A DNA stretch of 62,935 nt, the filler included, from Reticulomyxa filosa (taxonomy: Eukaryota; Protista; Foraminifera): the NCBI GenBank assembly GCA_000512085.1. It is 21 parts of 21 records of this genome, joined end to end, with 100 filler letters (N's around TTAATTAATTAA, not from the genome) between each part and the next. Parts side by side here need not be neighbours in the genome. Positions count along the whole stretch, not along the records: positions 35,731 to 41,588 come from ASPP01008699.1; positions 41,689 to 43,689 come from ASPP01018445.1; positions 43,790 to 49,007 come from ASPP01019306.1; positions 49,108 to 51,134 come from ASPP01049106.1; positions 51,235 to 52,296 come from ASPP01046799.1; positions 52,397 to 56,838 come from ASPP01011493.1; 15 more parts are not named here. The stretch is one strand, 5' to 3'. Positions within the stretch are counted from its first letter, which is position 1. Each line of letters opens with the position of its first letter. Made by a program: the position numbers and the translations under genes. A model generated the notes under the pieces. It was not told the DNA's origin, ran no database searches, and saw only the letters and a list, made by a program, of their open reading frames with translations. Below, piece after piece: positions 39,032 through 52,452 of the stretch.

Positions 39032-39479
39032 ATGACAACAGCTTCAAATCTCTCAAAGCAACCTCCAGCCTTGAAGCATGTGAGGACATTATTGAGCAAT
39101 GAAAATGAAGAAAGCATAGAAGAGCACATTGACAGTTTGCCGGACGACGTAGACGAATGGTATCAATCGGACTTGCAAGAGCAGCAAAACGCGATTAAAA
39201 AAAGACGCTTAGTTGAATAAGAAAGAACACACAAGCAAGCATAGCAATCAAATGCATATACATACATATTACACATATATGTATATATAAAATATATAAT
39301 ATACAACTAGGCCAAGCAACGAGATGAAGTAAGCGGGATAAACAGTGCAATGCACCGCCGATTGCAGTCTCGACTGGACATGAGACAGGCGGAACTACTA
39401 TACGAGCGTCAGCGAGCAGCATTGTTGCGAGAAATCGAAAGGGACGACGACATGGCCATCATTAAGAACAGCAATAACA

Positions 39480-39518
<39 letters not shown>

Positions 39519-40319
39519 TAAAGAATAATGAGTACAAGAATGATAAAGAGACAAATGGCAACGAGAAGACCAGCAAAGCACAAAGACGAGCAGCGGAGAA
39601 TTTGCACGTGCTAGCGGCCCTATCCGGTAGCGACCATTACACGAACCCAAACCTGGGGATATTGGACGACGGCACGGCAGACGACTTTGTGATTGACCAA
39701 CAGACGTCTGGGGTGTCGTCGTCGCGCGTGGCGAGTCGCCAGCATTCGCCCGTGCCCGCGCACGCCACGAAGACAGCAGGCGGGAGACACCAGAAACGAG
39801 AAGTGGCATTTGCTGACGAGGGCAAACATCACAAGACGACACGAATGTTCTTTCGACCGTTGCTCAATCGATTGATTGGGAGTGGAGATGGTGAGGATGA
39901 CGATGACAACAACAACAACAACAACAACAACAATAATAATAATAATAATGATGATGATGATGGTGATAATGATTATGACTACAAAGAAAAAGGGGGAAGG
40001 GACAAGGACGGAAAAGAATACGAAGATCACGGAGAAGATGTCGAACCATTGGAACGACCTGATTCCAAACAACATATGCTGAGTCCCGTTCGTGAACACA
40101 TGGAAAGCAGACCTATGGCACACGAGGAGGAAGAGGCCAAACGCGATAAACTCATCAAAAATGACAGCTACGACCATGACGACGCCGATGAAAAGTCCGT
40201 CCACAAAGGTCCTATCGATGGACTACGGCAGAGGATACGCTCCAAGCAAAGGGTCAAACAAAATGTCACTCAACTGAGTATTGATTTAAATATCAGACTC
40301 GATTCAAGTTATTATTATC

Positions 40320-40361
<42 letters not shown>

Positions 40362-41476
40362 ATGTTTATATGATAATAATAACTTGAGTCACATATCCCA
40401 ATTCAATATTTGATTTGTGATATGTGATATTTCCATGTTGTGCCAATAGTCGCCAAAGACAAAGCTGCAACCAATCCATTGGACACTGCTCAGAAATCGG
40501 TATTTATGCAAATATACAATATATATATACATATATATATGTAATATGTATTGTATATATGGATAACATGGGAGTATATGAATACTTAAATAGCTACAAG
40601 CATTGGACGAAAGGGCGTGGGCAGAAAAAGCGGGCATTGATTTAAACAACTTTGACTTTTCAATGAAGCTCTACCGTTCATTTTATCATTTTATGAAAAA
40701 TACGAAATGGGGGTTACTATTTTTTTTTTTTTTTTTTTATGCATATACATATATACATATATGTATATATATTATATATTATATTATGTGTGTGTATACT
40801 TTTTTTTTTTTAAAAAAAAAAAAAGAATAATGTTTCAACGAATGAGTGACCGTGCCACGTTCGTGTTCGACTTTGGAAGTGACGTGATAGTAATGTACGA
40901 ATTGTATCAGTATCACGAAATATTCTTTTCGATGATCGTGTTTATGATGTTAGTGGCGCCTTACGTGGTGTGTTGGTCGGCCGGATTCCGCGTGCTGCAC
41001 GAAAAGAAGGTGTCGTGGTGGATCCAGACGTGCTACTTGACGCCCTTCACCGGGGTCTTGTTTTTGTTTTTGTGGACGTGTTCATGTGCTTGGAGGCGTT
41101 CTTTCTGAACCCGCTGTTTTTGTTCTTGGGCTATTACATCCGAGAGCCCTCGCGAGAAGAGTTTGGCTATCTGCGCTTGCGGGCCATGGCCGAAATGTTT
41201 CTGCAAAACTTGCCAATGCTATCGATGCAAATCTACATTTGGGCATTTGCCGGAGGAGGCCAGGAGTTGGGACTTACCTTTCGAACCATCGTCTTGTCCG
41301 CCGGAAGCGCACTTATCAACATTGGTCTCATGTGCTACACGCTCAGTCGAGAAGCCGACGTCAACAAAATGGCCTTTCTCGAGTACGCCGTCTTGTCGAT
41401 GCAAGGGAGATTCGGCTTCACCCCTTTTGTCGAAAGCATTGCCGATGGATCTGTCAAAATGGTCGATTATACTGGT
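39032..41476 (+). CDS. XK-related-like multipass membrane protein with a long disordered N-terminus (multi-exon, truncated)
   Basis: FVFDFGSDVIVMYELY..VAPYVV..LRAMAEMFLQNLPMLSMQIYI..SAGSALINI resembles the XK-family D..sD and E.fLe..Pql.lQ.y motifs; 1-nt frame break near 41060-41072. Confidence 0.55.
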
Positions 41477-41551
41477 ATGTGCATATGTGAATAAACTAAT
41501 AATAATAATAACAATTATAATATATATTACATATATGTATATATATTATAA

Positions 41552-41588
<37 letters not shown>

Positions 41589-42999
41589 NNNNNNNNNNNN
41601 NNNNNNNNNNNNNNNNNNNNNNNNNNNNNNNNTTAATTAATTAANNNNNNNNNNNNNNNNNNNNNNNNNNNNNNNNNNNNNNNNNNNNTAGTCAACGTCA
41701 GGATTTAACAAGATGTGCAGAAATTTTTCAATAACTTGACAAGACAGTATCGAGAATGAACTGAATCCAACGCAATTCCGACGAGGATCAAGCGAGTAAC
41801 AGCAGCAATTCCTGGAGCAGAAATTGGAGAGATAACCAAAAGCAAATCAAGAATTGACAAGTTTGAGACGATTACTCGCAAGTAAGCGAATGATGGACAA
41901 CTCTAATTACCTTGATCAAACTCATCCAAATATGGCTCCGCTTTTTATTTCTTCAATACCTTCCGCGAATTTGCCATCTCGGGCCTTCAATGCATGTGTT
42001 TAGTGTGCAGACGTCTAATTGAGAAACTCAGTGATTTATACTTGGCTTGTACAAAGGCACTCTCGACAAACGTACCAGCAAATGTATTCCCCCAAGTTTG
42101 ACTCATTATGCAACTAATTTTGTTATGGTCAAAGAGTTTAGATGAAACTATTTTCAAAGCACAAGGTGCATTTTATCCTTAAATAGAGTTGAACGATTAT
42201 ACTAAACTTAGTTACTTTTCTATTTAAGGACATAAAAAAAAAGTTTTATAATTTCATTATATACAAGGTATTTATATACATACACATTATTTTATCCAAC
42301 TGTAAAAAAAAAAAAATTAAAGTGAATTTATATACTTGATAGATTTAATTTTGCACAAACGAAAAAAAATAAAATAATTCAGTACATGAATCGCACAAAA
42401 GCAAGAATCATATCACTTATGCTTTTCAACATAATATATCTAAACTCTTCCTTGAAAACAAAGAAATTATTTTATTTCGTGTCTGTATAAATCTTTTCAA
42501 CGACAAAATGAATAAAGATATGATAATAAGGTTCTATCACATAGTCAAAGTTCTATATTATAAATAAGTTAAAAGTACGTAATTGGTTCATCGTAAACAA
42601 ATATATAAAACTACGGTCTAAAATAGTACAATAACAATTTAATTTTAGTATGCTTGATGTCGATATTACGTATATTAACAACAATTTGGTGAAGTGTTGC
42701 AAATTGTAAAGGTAAAACTACAAATTACAAAAGCTATTAAATCTGATATAAACATGCAAAGTCATTGAAATACTGCAATAAACTAAATTTTCATTAACAA
42801 AAATTGTAAAATTAAACTAACACTACAAATAAAACAAAAAAACAAATAAATTATGCAAAAATACAATCAAAATCAGTTTACACGCTCAATAACAATTGCA
42901 CACTAATTAAAAATAAAAAAAACACGAAATACAAGCTAAACACCAAATTTTAAAAAAATAAATGGGAAAAAAACGAAAAATAAAAAATTTACTTATCAT

Positions 43000-43170
43000 A
43001 ATGGAAAATTAAACATGATATTGCATCATTCAATTATTATGCATGTGTGTATCAATAGTGTCATCTTGTCCTTTGGTGGATATAAGTAAATTTCAAGAAA
43101 TATTGTTTCAAAATCATTGCATAAATGTTCAATTCGAGAAAACAAATGGATAACACTTTACACAGTCCTT
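43000..43170 (+). pseudogene. Second decayed Kelch-like paralog
   Basis: YA-CVCINSVILSFGGY..IVSKSLHKCSIRENKWI matches YAYVCINDVILLFGG..SNLVHKYVLSGHRWV of the intact copy. Confidence 0.7.
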
Positions 43171-43844
43171 ATTTGATTGTATTGCAATAAGTGATAAACA
43201 GACAAAAAAGGAAATAAAATTGATTATTCAATATCGAACTTCTTGCATACAGTTGTTCACAGAAAGCTGACAAATATAAGAAAAACATATGGTTAAAAAG
43301 TTAAATAGAAGTTCATTACAGATTCGTTAAACAAATTTGTTTGTGCCTTTTATGTTAATCTCAAAGTAAAACATCAAAAAAGTTGAAAGATCGCCACTTT
43401 TTAAAAATAGTCTTGATGTAAAAATATTTTTTTAGCAAAGTGCTGGCGTGTAAGGATAAAGTACATTAAAGTGTCAACATTTTATACTTTTGAGAGATTG
43501 GATATGAACAATGGAAAATATTCATTTTATTTTCTTTTATTTTCACCAAATTGCAACAAAATTATTGAAACCTTTTTCTTGATTCAAAAAAAAAAAAAAA
43601 TAATGCATGTTCGATTGTACGCACTTATGCATTCAAATTATCATTTCCTATAATTTTGAGTAAACAGAAGCAAAAATACTAAGAAATTANNNNNNNNNNN
43701 NNNNNNNNNNNNNNNNNNNNNNNNNNNNNNNNNTTAATTAATTAANNNNNNNNNNNNNNNNNNNNNNNNNNNNNNNNNNNNNNNNNNNNTGTATATTATG
43801 TATATATATGTATATATAATATGGATATAATGCGTGCAATGCAG

Positions 43845-44747
43845 AAATCAGCCTCGTGGATTGCGCACGGCGATCAAGTGTCTTGCATCCAATTCGACCC
43901 CAGTGGATCACAACTACTCAGTGTCGGCGGTGACAAAAGTATGAAACTGTGGAATAGCAACATCGGACAAGAGATCTGCAAGTTTCAAGGACTGCAAGGC
44001 AGTGCAATAACGTGTCGCTTTTCAACGAGTGGAGGGTTCGTCGCTGCCGGCGGCAACGACTGCTCCGTCCATTTATGGAATGTTCGGACGCAGCGACATA
44101 TAAAAACGTATAACGGACACAGCAACACGGTCACGTGCATCGCATTCAACTCCAATTCCAAACGACTCATCTCTGGCAGTCTCGATCGCTGCATTCGCAT
44201 TTGGGATACCGAAAAGGGCGTGTGTCGGTCCAATGTCCAGGTGGGCTCCTCTGTCAATTGTTTGACCACCTCCCCCGACGAAGCGTGGCTCGCGAGTGGA
44301 CATTTGGACGGATGTGTGCGCTTCTTCAATTTCACTGACAAAAAAGAAGTCTTCAAACTCGACGAACACAAACCTTCTCAAGTCAATCATGTCGAGTTCT
44401 CTCCTCCCGATGGCATTCACATCTTGACCAGCAGCAAGGACGGAAGACTGCTCATTTGGGACCTGCGCAAGCGCTCACAAAAACTGCTCGAAATCTCACA
44501 CAAAGAGTACAAATTCCATGGCATGTCCGGCGGGGTCGCTTACAGCGCTGATGGACAATACATCATTGGAGGGTCGCAACTCAAAGACAAAGCTGACAAA
44601 TATAAGTTGTTCTTGTGGCGAAGCAAAACAGGAGAACTCATGCACTCTTTGAGTGAACACTCGGATGAAATCGCTTATGTCACTTGGCACGGACGAGGAG
44701 GTGTGGCTTCTTGTGACAAAGGTGGAAAAATCTATACGTGGTGTTAA
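43845..44747 (+). CDS. C-terminal WD40 propeller, ATG16L/TipD-like
   Basis: Seven WD repeats; ISGSLDRCIRIWD..C, SSVN, ASGHLDG.VRF, LTSSKD and SADGQYI.GGS follow the ATG16L1 WD-domain order. Confidence 0.75.
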   Translation, partial: KSASWIAHGDQVSCIQFDPSGSQLLSVGGDKSMKLWNSNIGQEICKFQGLQGSAITCRFSTSGGFVAAGGNDCSVHLWNVRTQRHIKTYNGHSNTVTCIAFNSNSKRLISGSLDRCIRIWDTEKGVCRSNVQVGSSVNCLTTSPDEAWLASGHLDGCVRFFNFTDKKEVFKLDEHKPSQVNHVEFSPPDGIHILTSSKDGRLLIWDLRKRSQKLLEISHKEYKFHGMSGGVAYSADGQYIIGGSQLKDKADKYKLFLWRSKTGELMHSLSEHSDEIAYVTWHGRGGVASCDKGGKIYTWC

Positions 44748-45587
44748 TTGCCTATCAAGAGAAAGAGACAAATGTGTGTTCGTCTGTCTGCCTGTCTGTC
44801 TTTTTTTTTTTTCCCAGTTTATTCTTTTTTTTTAAATAATTGATAAATGTTTCTCTTTTTCAATAAATCAATTTTTCCTGTGTTTTGTGAAACAATTAAC
44901 TTGAACGCTGTGTGTATTGTTTTATCCCTTCTTGTTGTCTCCCTTTTTATCAAAATAAACACATCTCATCTTTAGACATTTACAGAATTTACTCAACAGT
45001 TTTTTGTTTTTTTTTGGCAAAACAGAATTTCCAAATTACAGCACTTTAAAATAGCAAACGTAAAATGCTGCTTTTTGAAGCTGGTTGATTTCTTTCGGAT
45101 TTTTAAACACTTTCCTCTTGGCATTTGAAAATCCTCTTTGCTTTTTAATTTAATTTTTTAAAAGTTTTTCTGTGTGTTGTGTTCTTTTACAATAGAAAAG
45201 CTTTTGTAAAACAGAAACTTTATAAAATTTTGTTTTTTTTGTGTTGAATGTTTTGATAACCTTTTAGCTTACACTTCAATTGAACAAAATTAGAAATGTT
45301 AAAACAAAACAAAGAAAAACAAATATGTGAACAAAATGCAAAATATTCTATTGTAAATAAATGCAAATCAAACAAAATGTGTAAGCCAGTTCATTTGCCA
45401 TTCCGCGCATCAAAGAGATAAATACAAAAAAAGAAAATGAAGTAAAAATTTATTCAAGCAAAAAATTAAAAATAAATTGCAGTATTTTCCTTCAGCCAAT
45501 TTTCAGCCCTAACAGCACATGCACGGTTTTTGGGAAAAGGGGACCTCAAAGGTGAATCTAGAATTTTTTAATATATTTATTGCGGTC

Positions 45588-47704
45588 ATGACTGATCATA
45601 TAAGTGGGGGTTATGCGAAAGAACCACCAACATATGGTAAAATCTTGCTCCATACAACTCTAGGCGACGTAAGTGTGTAGCTATTTTTCCTCACCTCTTT
45701 TTTTTTTGGTAAAAAAAACGCAAACGTACTCAAAAGTTGGATATCGAGTTATGGCCCAAACAAGCCCCCAAAGCGGTGCGCAATTTCGTGCAGTTGTGCA
45801 TGGAAGGGTATTATGAAGGGTGTATGTTTCACCGAGTGATACCAAAATTTATGGCGCAAGCGGGAGACCCGACAAATACAGGAAGGGGTGGGGAATCGAT
45901 CTACGATAACAAGCCGTTCAAAGATGAGTTTCACGCACGATTGACATTCAGTCATCGTGGAATCATGGCATGTGCAAACGACGGAGAGAGCCCCAATAGC
46001 AATCAGTCGCAGTTTTTTATAACATTGGATCGTTGCGAATGGCTGAATCGAAAGCACACGATATTCGGAAAAGTGACCGGAAACACGATATTCAATTTAT
46101 TGAAATTCAACGATTTAGAAATCGACACAACGAGCAACGCCGAAGACGGAGAGCAAAGTCGGCCATTGCAACCGCCCAAAATTGTCAGTTGTGAAATTCT
46201 GTTAAACCCATTCGACGACATTGTTCCAAGAACATTGCCGAAACACATTCAAATGCAGCAAAAGCAGAAAGAGCTACAATTGAAAGAACAGAAAGAGCGT
46301 CGAGAAGTGGCCATCAAAGTTTTATTGTGTGTGTGTATGTGATTATGTCTATTTTTAATTTTCATTACTTTTTTTAAAATAATAATAACAATAAAAAAAA
46401 AAGGATTCAAATTTGTTATCGTTTGGAGAAGAAGAGTCAGGTCACGTCATACAAAAAGTTTAATATCGTCCATGTTCACTCATTTGTTTGTTTGTTTGTT
46501 TTGCTGCTTTGTGTGTGCATAGTGGAGAAGAATCACGCTTATTAATTTTTTTTTTTTTTTTGTTACAAAAAAAAGAAAAAGAAAAAGCGTACAATAGACG
46601 ACAAAAATGACGAGAAAATCGGGGACTCGGATGCGTTATGTGAATACGAGGCAAAAATAGCCCAACAGCAGCAACTATTCGGACAGTCGAAGCAACCCGT
46701 ATCCGTCGAACAGATTCGTGCCAAATTGAAACAATACTCGTCAAACAATACCGACTTGAAACCAGTCCAAAGTGGTCCCACTGACAATACTACGCAAAAG
46801 CGACAACAAGACAAGGAAGACGACAATGATGACATTAATGACAATAATAATAATAATAATGATAACAATAATGATGACGATGACGATGATGGAGATCTCG
46901 ATGCAAAAATAAAAGCACAGATTATAAAAGAACACAGCCAAAAGAGAAAACGGAAAGAAATGGAGACGAAAGACAAAGGAAACGAAACAAATAAAGAGAA
47001 TGAAAAGAGTAAGAGTGACGATGACGATAACATGGCGCCAGCGAAGAAAAAAGCAAGGCTAGATTCAGAATATGAAAGCTTGAAGAAAAAATTGTTGGAA
47101 AAACAAAGTGGGGTTGCTTCAGGAGCGTCAGAGATGGACGACAGCAAACAGCTGACAAGTATATCGGATAAAAAATGAGTTTCAAGCAATGAGAGATCGC
47201 CACTTTCAAAGGAATGTGCGAATGAGCAAAAAAGAAAAGGCTGAATACACCACGTCCAAATTGGACGAGTTTTTGAAAAAATTAAACTCGACTTCCGCTT
47301 CCAGCGTCGACAAACATGACTCTGTCCAAAAAACAGATGGTGACAACTTGTTCGCATTGAAGGATACAAATGGTCCAAAAGTTGACACAAACACCGGGAT
47401 TAAATTCAAAGATGATTTATACGGTGAAGACGATGATGATGTCGATGGCCTGGACTGGATGGACAAACCATTGATATTTCCCAAAAGACCACAGGATTAC
47501 AGCCTGTTTAATGCCGAAGAGTACATGACTTTGGACCCTTCAAGAAAAGAAGACCAAGTCAAACTGAAAGAAAAAGAAGACAAAATTCAACAACTTTTTG
47601 AGTTTAGAAAGAGCTTGGAAGAGAAGGATCAAATACTGGATAAGAACTCACACAGAAGAAGGGAAAGGAAAGAGTATACTTCGAAAAAGAAACATCAAGA
47701 TTAA
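45588..47704 (+). CDS. CWC27: Spliceosome-associated cyclophilin CWC27 (introns at 45669-45736 and in 46319-46575; frame break at 47170-47178)
   Basis: EPPTYGKILLHTTLGD|LDIELWPKQAPKAVRNFVQLCMEGYY, FKDEFHARL.FSHRG, NPFDDIVPR, NLLSFGEE and C-terminal DWMDKPLIF..DP. Confidence 0.92.
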
Positions 47705-48383
47705 TTCCCTTTTTTAAAAAATATCAGAGTGCTCTTTTTTTTCCCTTGCTTCTTCTTTGATTGTCCTTCACTGAAAATTTTGAGTGTTTTACTAGTCAAT
47801 CCCGCCATTTCAATCTTCTTATACGATTAAACTGTTCGGCATCAATTTGTAAAACCGTTGGTACCCGACGAATTTTTTTTGTATGATAAAAGCAACTAGT
47901 ACAAATTCGTTTTGAAAAGAAAAAAACAATTATAAAATAAAGTTTTCTTTTAACAATGCCACCAGAACAAAAAAACATACGCTTGTATAAGAGCAAAAAA
48001 ACAATGAAAATAAAAAATGAAAATAAACTGGATAGAAAAAAATAGACGTGTCAAGTTTTTCCTCATCTTTTTTGACAAATAATACAAAAAGCAAAAAACT
48101 TCCTCGATGTATACAACAAAACACACAAAAAAGAATCGAGCAGTAATTTGGTATCACTAATTTATATTACAGTGCAAGAAGTAGACCTATCCCAGCAAAC
48201 AAAACCGATATATTTGCCAATAAAAATATTTTACTTTTTACTTCAGAGGCTCTTTCCAAAACAAAACAAGACAACAAAACACAACAATTCATCAACGGTC
48301 GCACTGGACCTGATTTTATTCTTAGTTTCAAACAAAGACAAAAAATGAAAACATTTGCAGATGTATACATACACAAAAATTGG

Positions 48384-48935
48384 TTACATATTTTTGGCTG
48401 AACAACGTATTTTTCCCAAAATTTGTTTTCCCCAAGAAAATTTGAGTAATTCTTTGGGGGTGACGCTTTCTTGAAGTTGCCTTACCAAGTCTTTGCGGTA
48501 ATTAGCGGTTGTCACAGTGAGCAAGGTTTGGATGATATAATTTGCATATTGATCACAAACCATGCGGGCGCTCAAATACCCTTCTCTTTTCTTTCGGTGC
48601 TGTGGATACAAGATACTGCATACAAGCTTCAGCCGTGGTTCACCTTGCAGTAAGAACAAGCACTTTTCAACCACATTCGAGGAGAATTTATCAAAGACGA
48701 GTGTGTCAATATCATCGCAAATGCCTTGTACCATCAGAGCTATCAATTTCTGGTTTTCTTCCATTTCCAGCACCTTTTGGATCACATAATTGCCGTATTG
48801 ATGACGACACAAGCCACTCACTTTATGCGTCAGTTCATGCGTCAAAACGGTACGTTGCACGTTCGTACAATTTATCAGCAGCTCTTGGATTACGCGACAT
48901 CCATAGATGTGTGTGGAATACTGAAGCACTTTTTC
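48384..48935 (-). CDS. Pumilio/PUF RNA-binding protein, last four repeats
   Basis: YGCRVIQ, YGNYVIQK, FSSNVVEK, YANYIIQ and terminal WGKQIL. Confidence 0.92.
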   Translation of the reverse strand, partial: EKVLQYSTHIYGCRVIQELLINCTNVQRTVLTHELTHKVSGLCRHQYGNYVIQKVLEMEENQKLIALMVQGICDDIDTLVFDKFSSNVVEKCLFLLQGEPRLKLVCSILYPQHRKKREGYLSARMVCDQYANYIIQTLLTVTTANYRKDLVRQLQESVTPKELLKFSWGKQILGKIRCSAKNM

Positions 48936-49107
48936 TAGTTTTTTTTGTCGATTATCGTGTTATCATTGGAAGGGAGTGATTTTATTTTTTATTTTTATTT
49001 TTTTTTTNNNNNNNNNNNNNNNNNNNNNNNNNNNNNNNNNNNNNNNNNNNNTTAATTAATTAANNNNNNNNNNNNNNNNNNNNNNNNNNNNNNNNNNNNN
49101 NNNNNNN

Positions 49108-51134
49108 CTGTGAAGATCAATTAAAAATATTGGCGGAAAATCAAAACTTCAATGACGAAAAATACTTTGAGAACACATTGAATGTGTTGAGCAAAAGTAA
49201 AAATAATGATATTCAAGGTTTGGTCACTTCCTTACGACGTGTGAATTCCACAATGCAAGAGATATTGTGGAAATGTCCATTGGAAGATATGACTAGCTTG
49301 GCCAAAGCCATATTGAAACTACCCCTCAAAGGTCAAAAATTTGTCAAAATGATAAGAAAATGTTGTGATATGGACTTGAATAATATTTCTACTATGGTCA
49401 ACGAGGCGGATAAACTGCGAACTGAAAAAAGTTTGAAACAATTGAATGATGCAATGAACTCTGGAGAATGGCAATTTGCAAGCTGTAAGGATGCATTGCA
49501 AGGAAAGAAAGAAGAAGAATTGATTTTGAAAATAACTAATACTGTTTGGCGTTATGAGGAAATTGGGGAAAATATTGATCGTGTATTGCTTGGAGTGGAA
49601 AAACAAGAGTTGAAAAAGATTGAATCTGCCATTCAACAATTTGAAGAGTGCAAGGAGATCAGTTCATATCGAATTGAATTTTGGAAAAAGGGAGGAAGAA
49701 TTGATATTGAAAATGATGAAAAAGGAGGAAATCAAGATAATGATAAACCATTGAAATTACCTGTGCGTTCGCAAATGAATGAGTTTGAAGATTGCAAAAA
49801 ACTTTGGAAACAACAACTAATGGAATGGAAAAAACAATGTTTCGAATTACGAGAAAAATTTCCAGCACTCAATTATTTTTGTTTCAATCAAGTGCACTTT
49901 TTAATCCAAAAAATCAATCAATTGAATATGCCCAACTGTCCTGATCGTGTCATTGAAGCATCCAAATATATCAAACCCTTTCTTCAAAAAATTAAATATA
50001 ATGTCACTGATCATGATGTCAATAATGTATTGAGAGGTTGGAAAGGTTTTGATCCCAAAGATCTTGATCAATACAATTTTAATAATAACAACAATTTTAG
50101 GAAATGCAGAGATTCAATTGCAAAGTTTGGAATGATTCTTCATCCTATATGGATGTCATCCCAACATAATTGTGTGGAAGAAAAACCATTTTCCATTGGA
50201 TTGAATGCAGGCAAACCCAATTTGATAATTGGATCTAAAGAATTGCTGTTTGAATTACTTGGTTTATTTGAATCTCAAAGATTCATCCCACGAGCAGAAC
50301 ATATTTTGATTTGCAATGAAACAACTACTGAAGAAGATATTGCCTGTTTGATATTCCGGGCCATCACCAATCACAAAAAAATGCTATTGACAACAGACTT
50401 AACAATAACTGAGACAAATCATAATTTGGTGAAGCCATTGTATTGTTTGGTGTATCCAGAAAAATTAGCATTTGCAACATTGGATCACATTTGTCAAGAT
50501 ATACATGAGCTGTTGTTGAATGATATTCGATTGGAGCAATTAAAAAATAGCTTTTATATGTTTGTGGTCATGTCATCTGAACCGACTAATGATTTGTGTA
50601 AAATTCTTGCTCCATTCCAAGTTACGCTTCACAATCTATCATTCCAAATGTTTCCTGATCAAATGTTGTCTGAACTTTATCGTAATCAATGGATCGATAA
50701 TCGAGTACATGATATTTCCACAGAACCACCATGGATACAGTTGTACACATCGGGACAAGTTGCAATGGGAAAAAGTAGATTAATTCAAAGAGATATTCAA
50801 AGAATTCGAAAAATACACAAGGCCAAGACAATCCATGAAATTTGTGTTGCATTTAATAGCAAAGATATCGATTGGGTCACAATAATGAACAGATTTTGGA
50901 GTCATCATCCTTATTCTGATATTGATGAAGAAAATACATTAATCATTTATCATTTGAATATTTCATCTTGTGTTTCAAAAGAAATCAATGATTTTCTATT
51001 TGAATTATTATTTTTGCAACATATCAATTCTAGTTCTCAAATGTCCCAATGTTTCCATGTGAATCCCAATATGATCTTTTTAATTGAAATTCCTTCCACT
51101 TTGGATTATTTAGATTTTGCTTTATCATTGAGAG
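49108..51134 (+). CDS. Internal fragment of a giant RNF213/mysterin-like AAA+ ATPase
   Basis: Frame open across the whole contig; LNYF, HILICNETTTEEDI..LIFRA, LYCLVYPEKL, degenerate Walker A YTSGQVAMGKS, IYHLNIS..FLFELLFL, FLIEIP resemble the RNF213 stalk-to-AAA region. Confidence 0.7.
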
Positions 51135-52452
51135 NNNNNNNNNNNNNNNNNNNNNNNNNNNNNNNNNNNNNNNNNNNNTTAATTAATTAANNNNNNNNNN
51201 NNNNNNNNNNNNNNNNNNNNNNNNNNNNNNNNNNCATATCTCCACAGTGTTTTTGCGAAAATTCATTGATGATATAGTCGTTATTTGGCTTTGGTCTATG
51301 CGTCTATATTTCACTGACAGTCATTGCACGCATTACCTCCACAGCATAGTCACAAACAATCTCTGTGTAAAAACGTGTTGACTGCACTTTGAATGTCAAG
51401 TCCAGCGTAACGAGTCCCAATTGGGTTTCGAGAAACCATGACATGTTTGACAACGACAATTCGTTGTATCATCTCCAAGTTGAAATAAAGTAATCCATAA
51501 TAATGCTTGTATCGCGACACATGTTTGACTTCATTGCACGGCATGTCAATCGCGTTAATTCCTCCAACGTAAAATACTTTCATTGCGTTGTCCAAGTGTA
51601 AGTATTGTCTTTAGGACATCACAATATTCAAACACACGCAAAACTTCGATTAAATATTGCCAAGTCTATATTGCAAAACAAAGTATCATGATAATAACGT
51701 TTTGTTTTTAAAATTTGTTTGGGATGGAATGAAATAAAACAAATATACAACAATACTCGTTGTCTCCGGAACATTTGCAATATCTTTACGAAAATTGACC
51801 AATGCCTATTGAAAGAATGTTATGTTATTGTTTTCAAGTATTTTTTTTTAACAAGTCAAAAATAAAACAAACACAAATATCTTTTTACTTAACCAATAAT
51901 TATTTGAGCCACTAGGCAGCTCCAACTAATAAAAAGTACACTTACATTTTTTTTTTCTTGTTCTTCTTTTTATTTTTTTTTTATTCTTCTTTTTACTTTT
52001 TTTTTCATATTATTATTATCTTTTTTTTTAATTTTTTTCTTTTTTTCCTATCTTTTTTTAATCAATTATTTATCTTTTTTCATTTCAATTCTTTTTTTCA
52101 ATATCACTCTTTTTTTTTAATTTTTTCCATTCCATTCTTTTTTTCCATTATTCTTTTTTTCAGTCCCCCCTTTTTTTTTCAATTTCCCCCTTTTTTCAAT
52201 TCTTTTTTTTTATCCCTTTTCGAGTTCTTTTTTTTTATAAAAAAATTTCTTTGGATCTCTTTTGTACCTACAAACCACACAAGCAAAATTATTTTTNNNN
52301 NNNNNNNNNNNNNNNNNNNNNNNNNNNNNNNNNNNNNNNNTTAATTAATTAANNNNNNNNNNNNNNNNNNNNNNNNNNNNNNNNNNNNNNNNNNNNAAAA
52401 AAAAAAAAAAGATTGCTAACAAATACAAACACAACAATAAAAGATAACCCCA

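Noticed and set aside
51950-52296. Phe-rich 128-aa ORF as a membrane protein
   Set aside because: Translation of a T-rich low-quality contig end.
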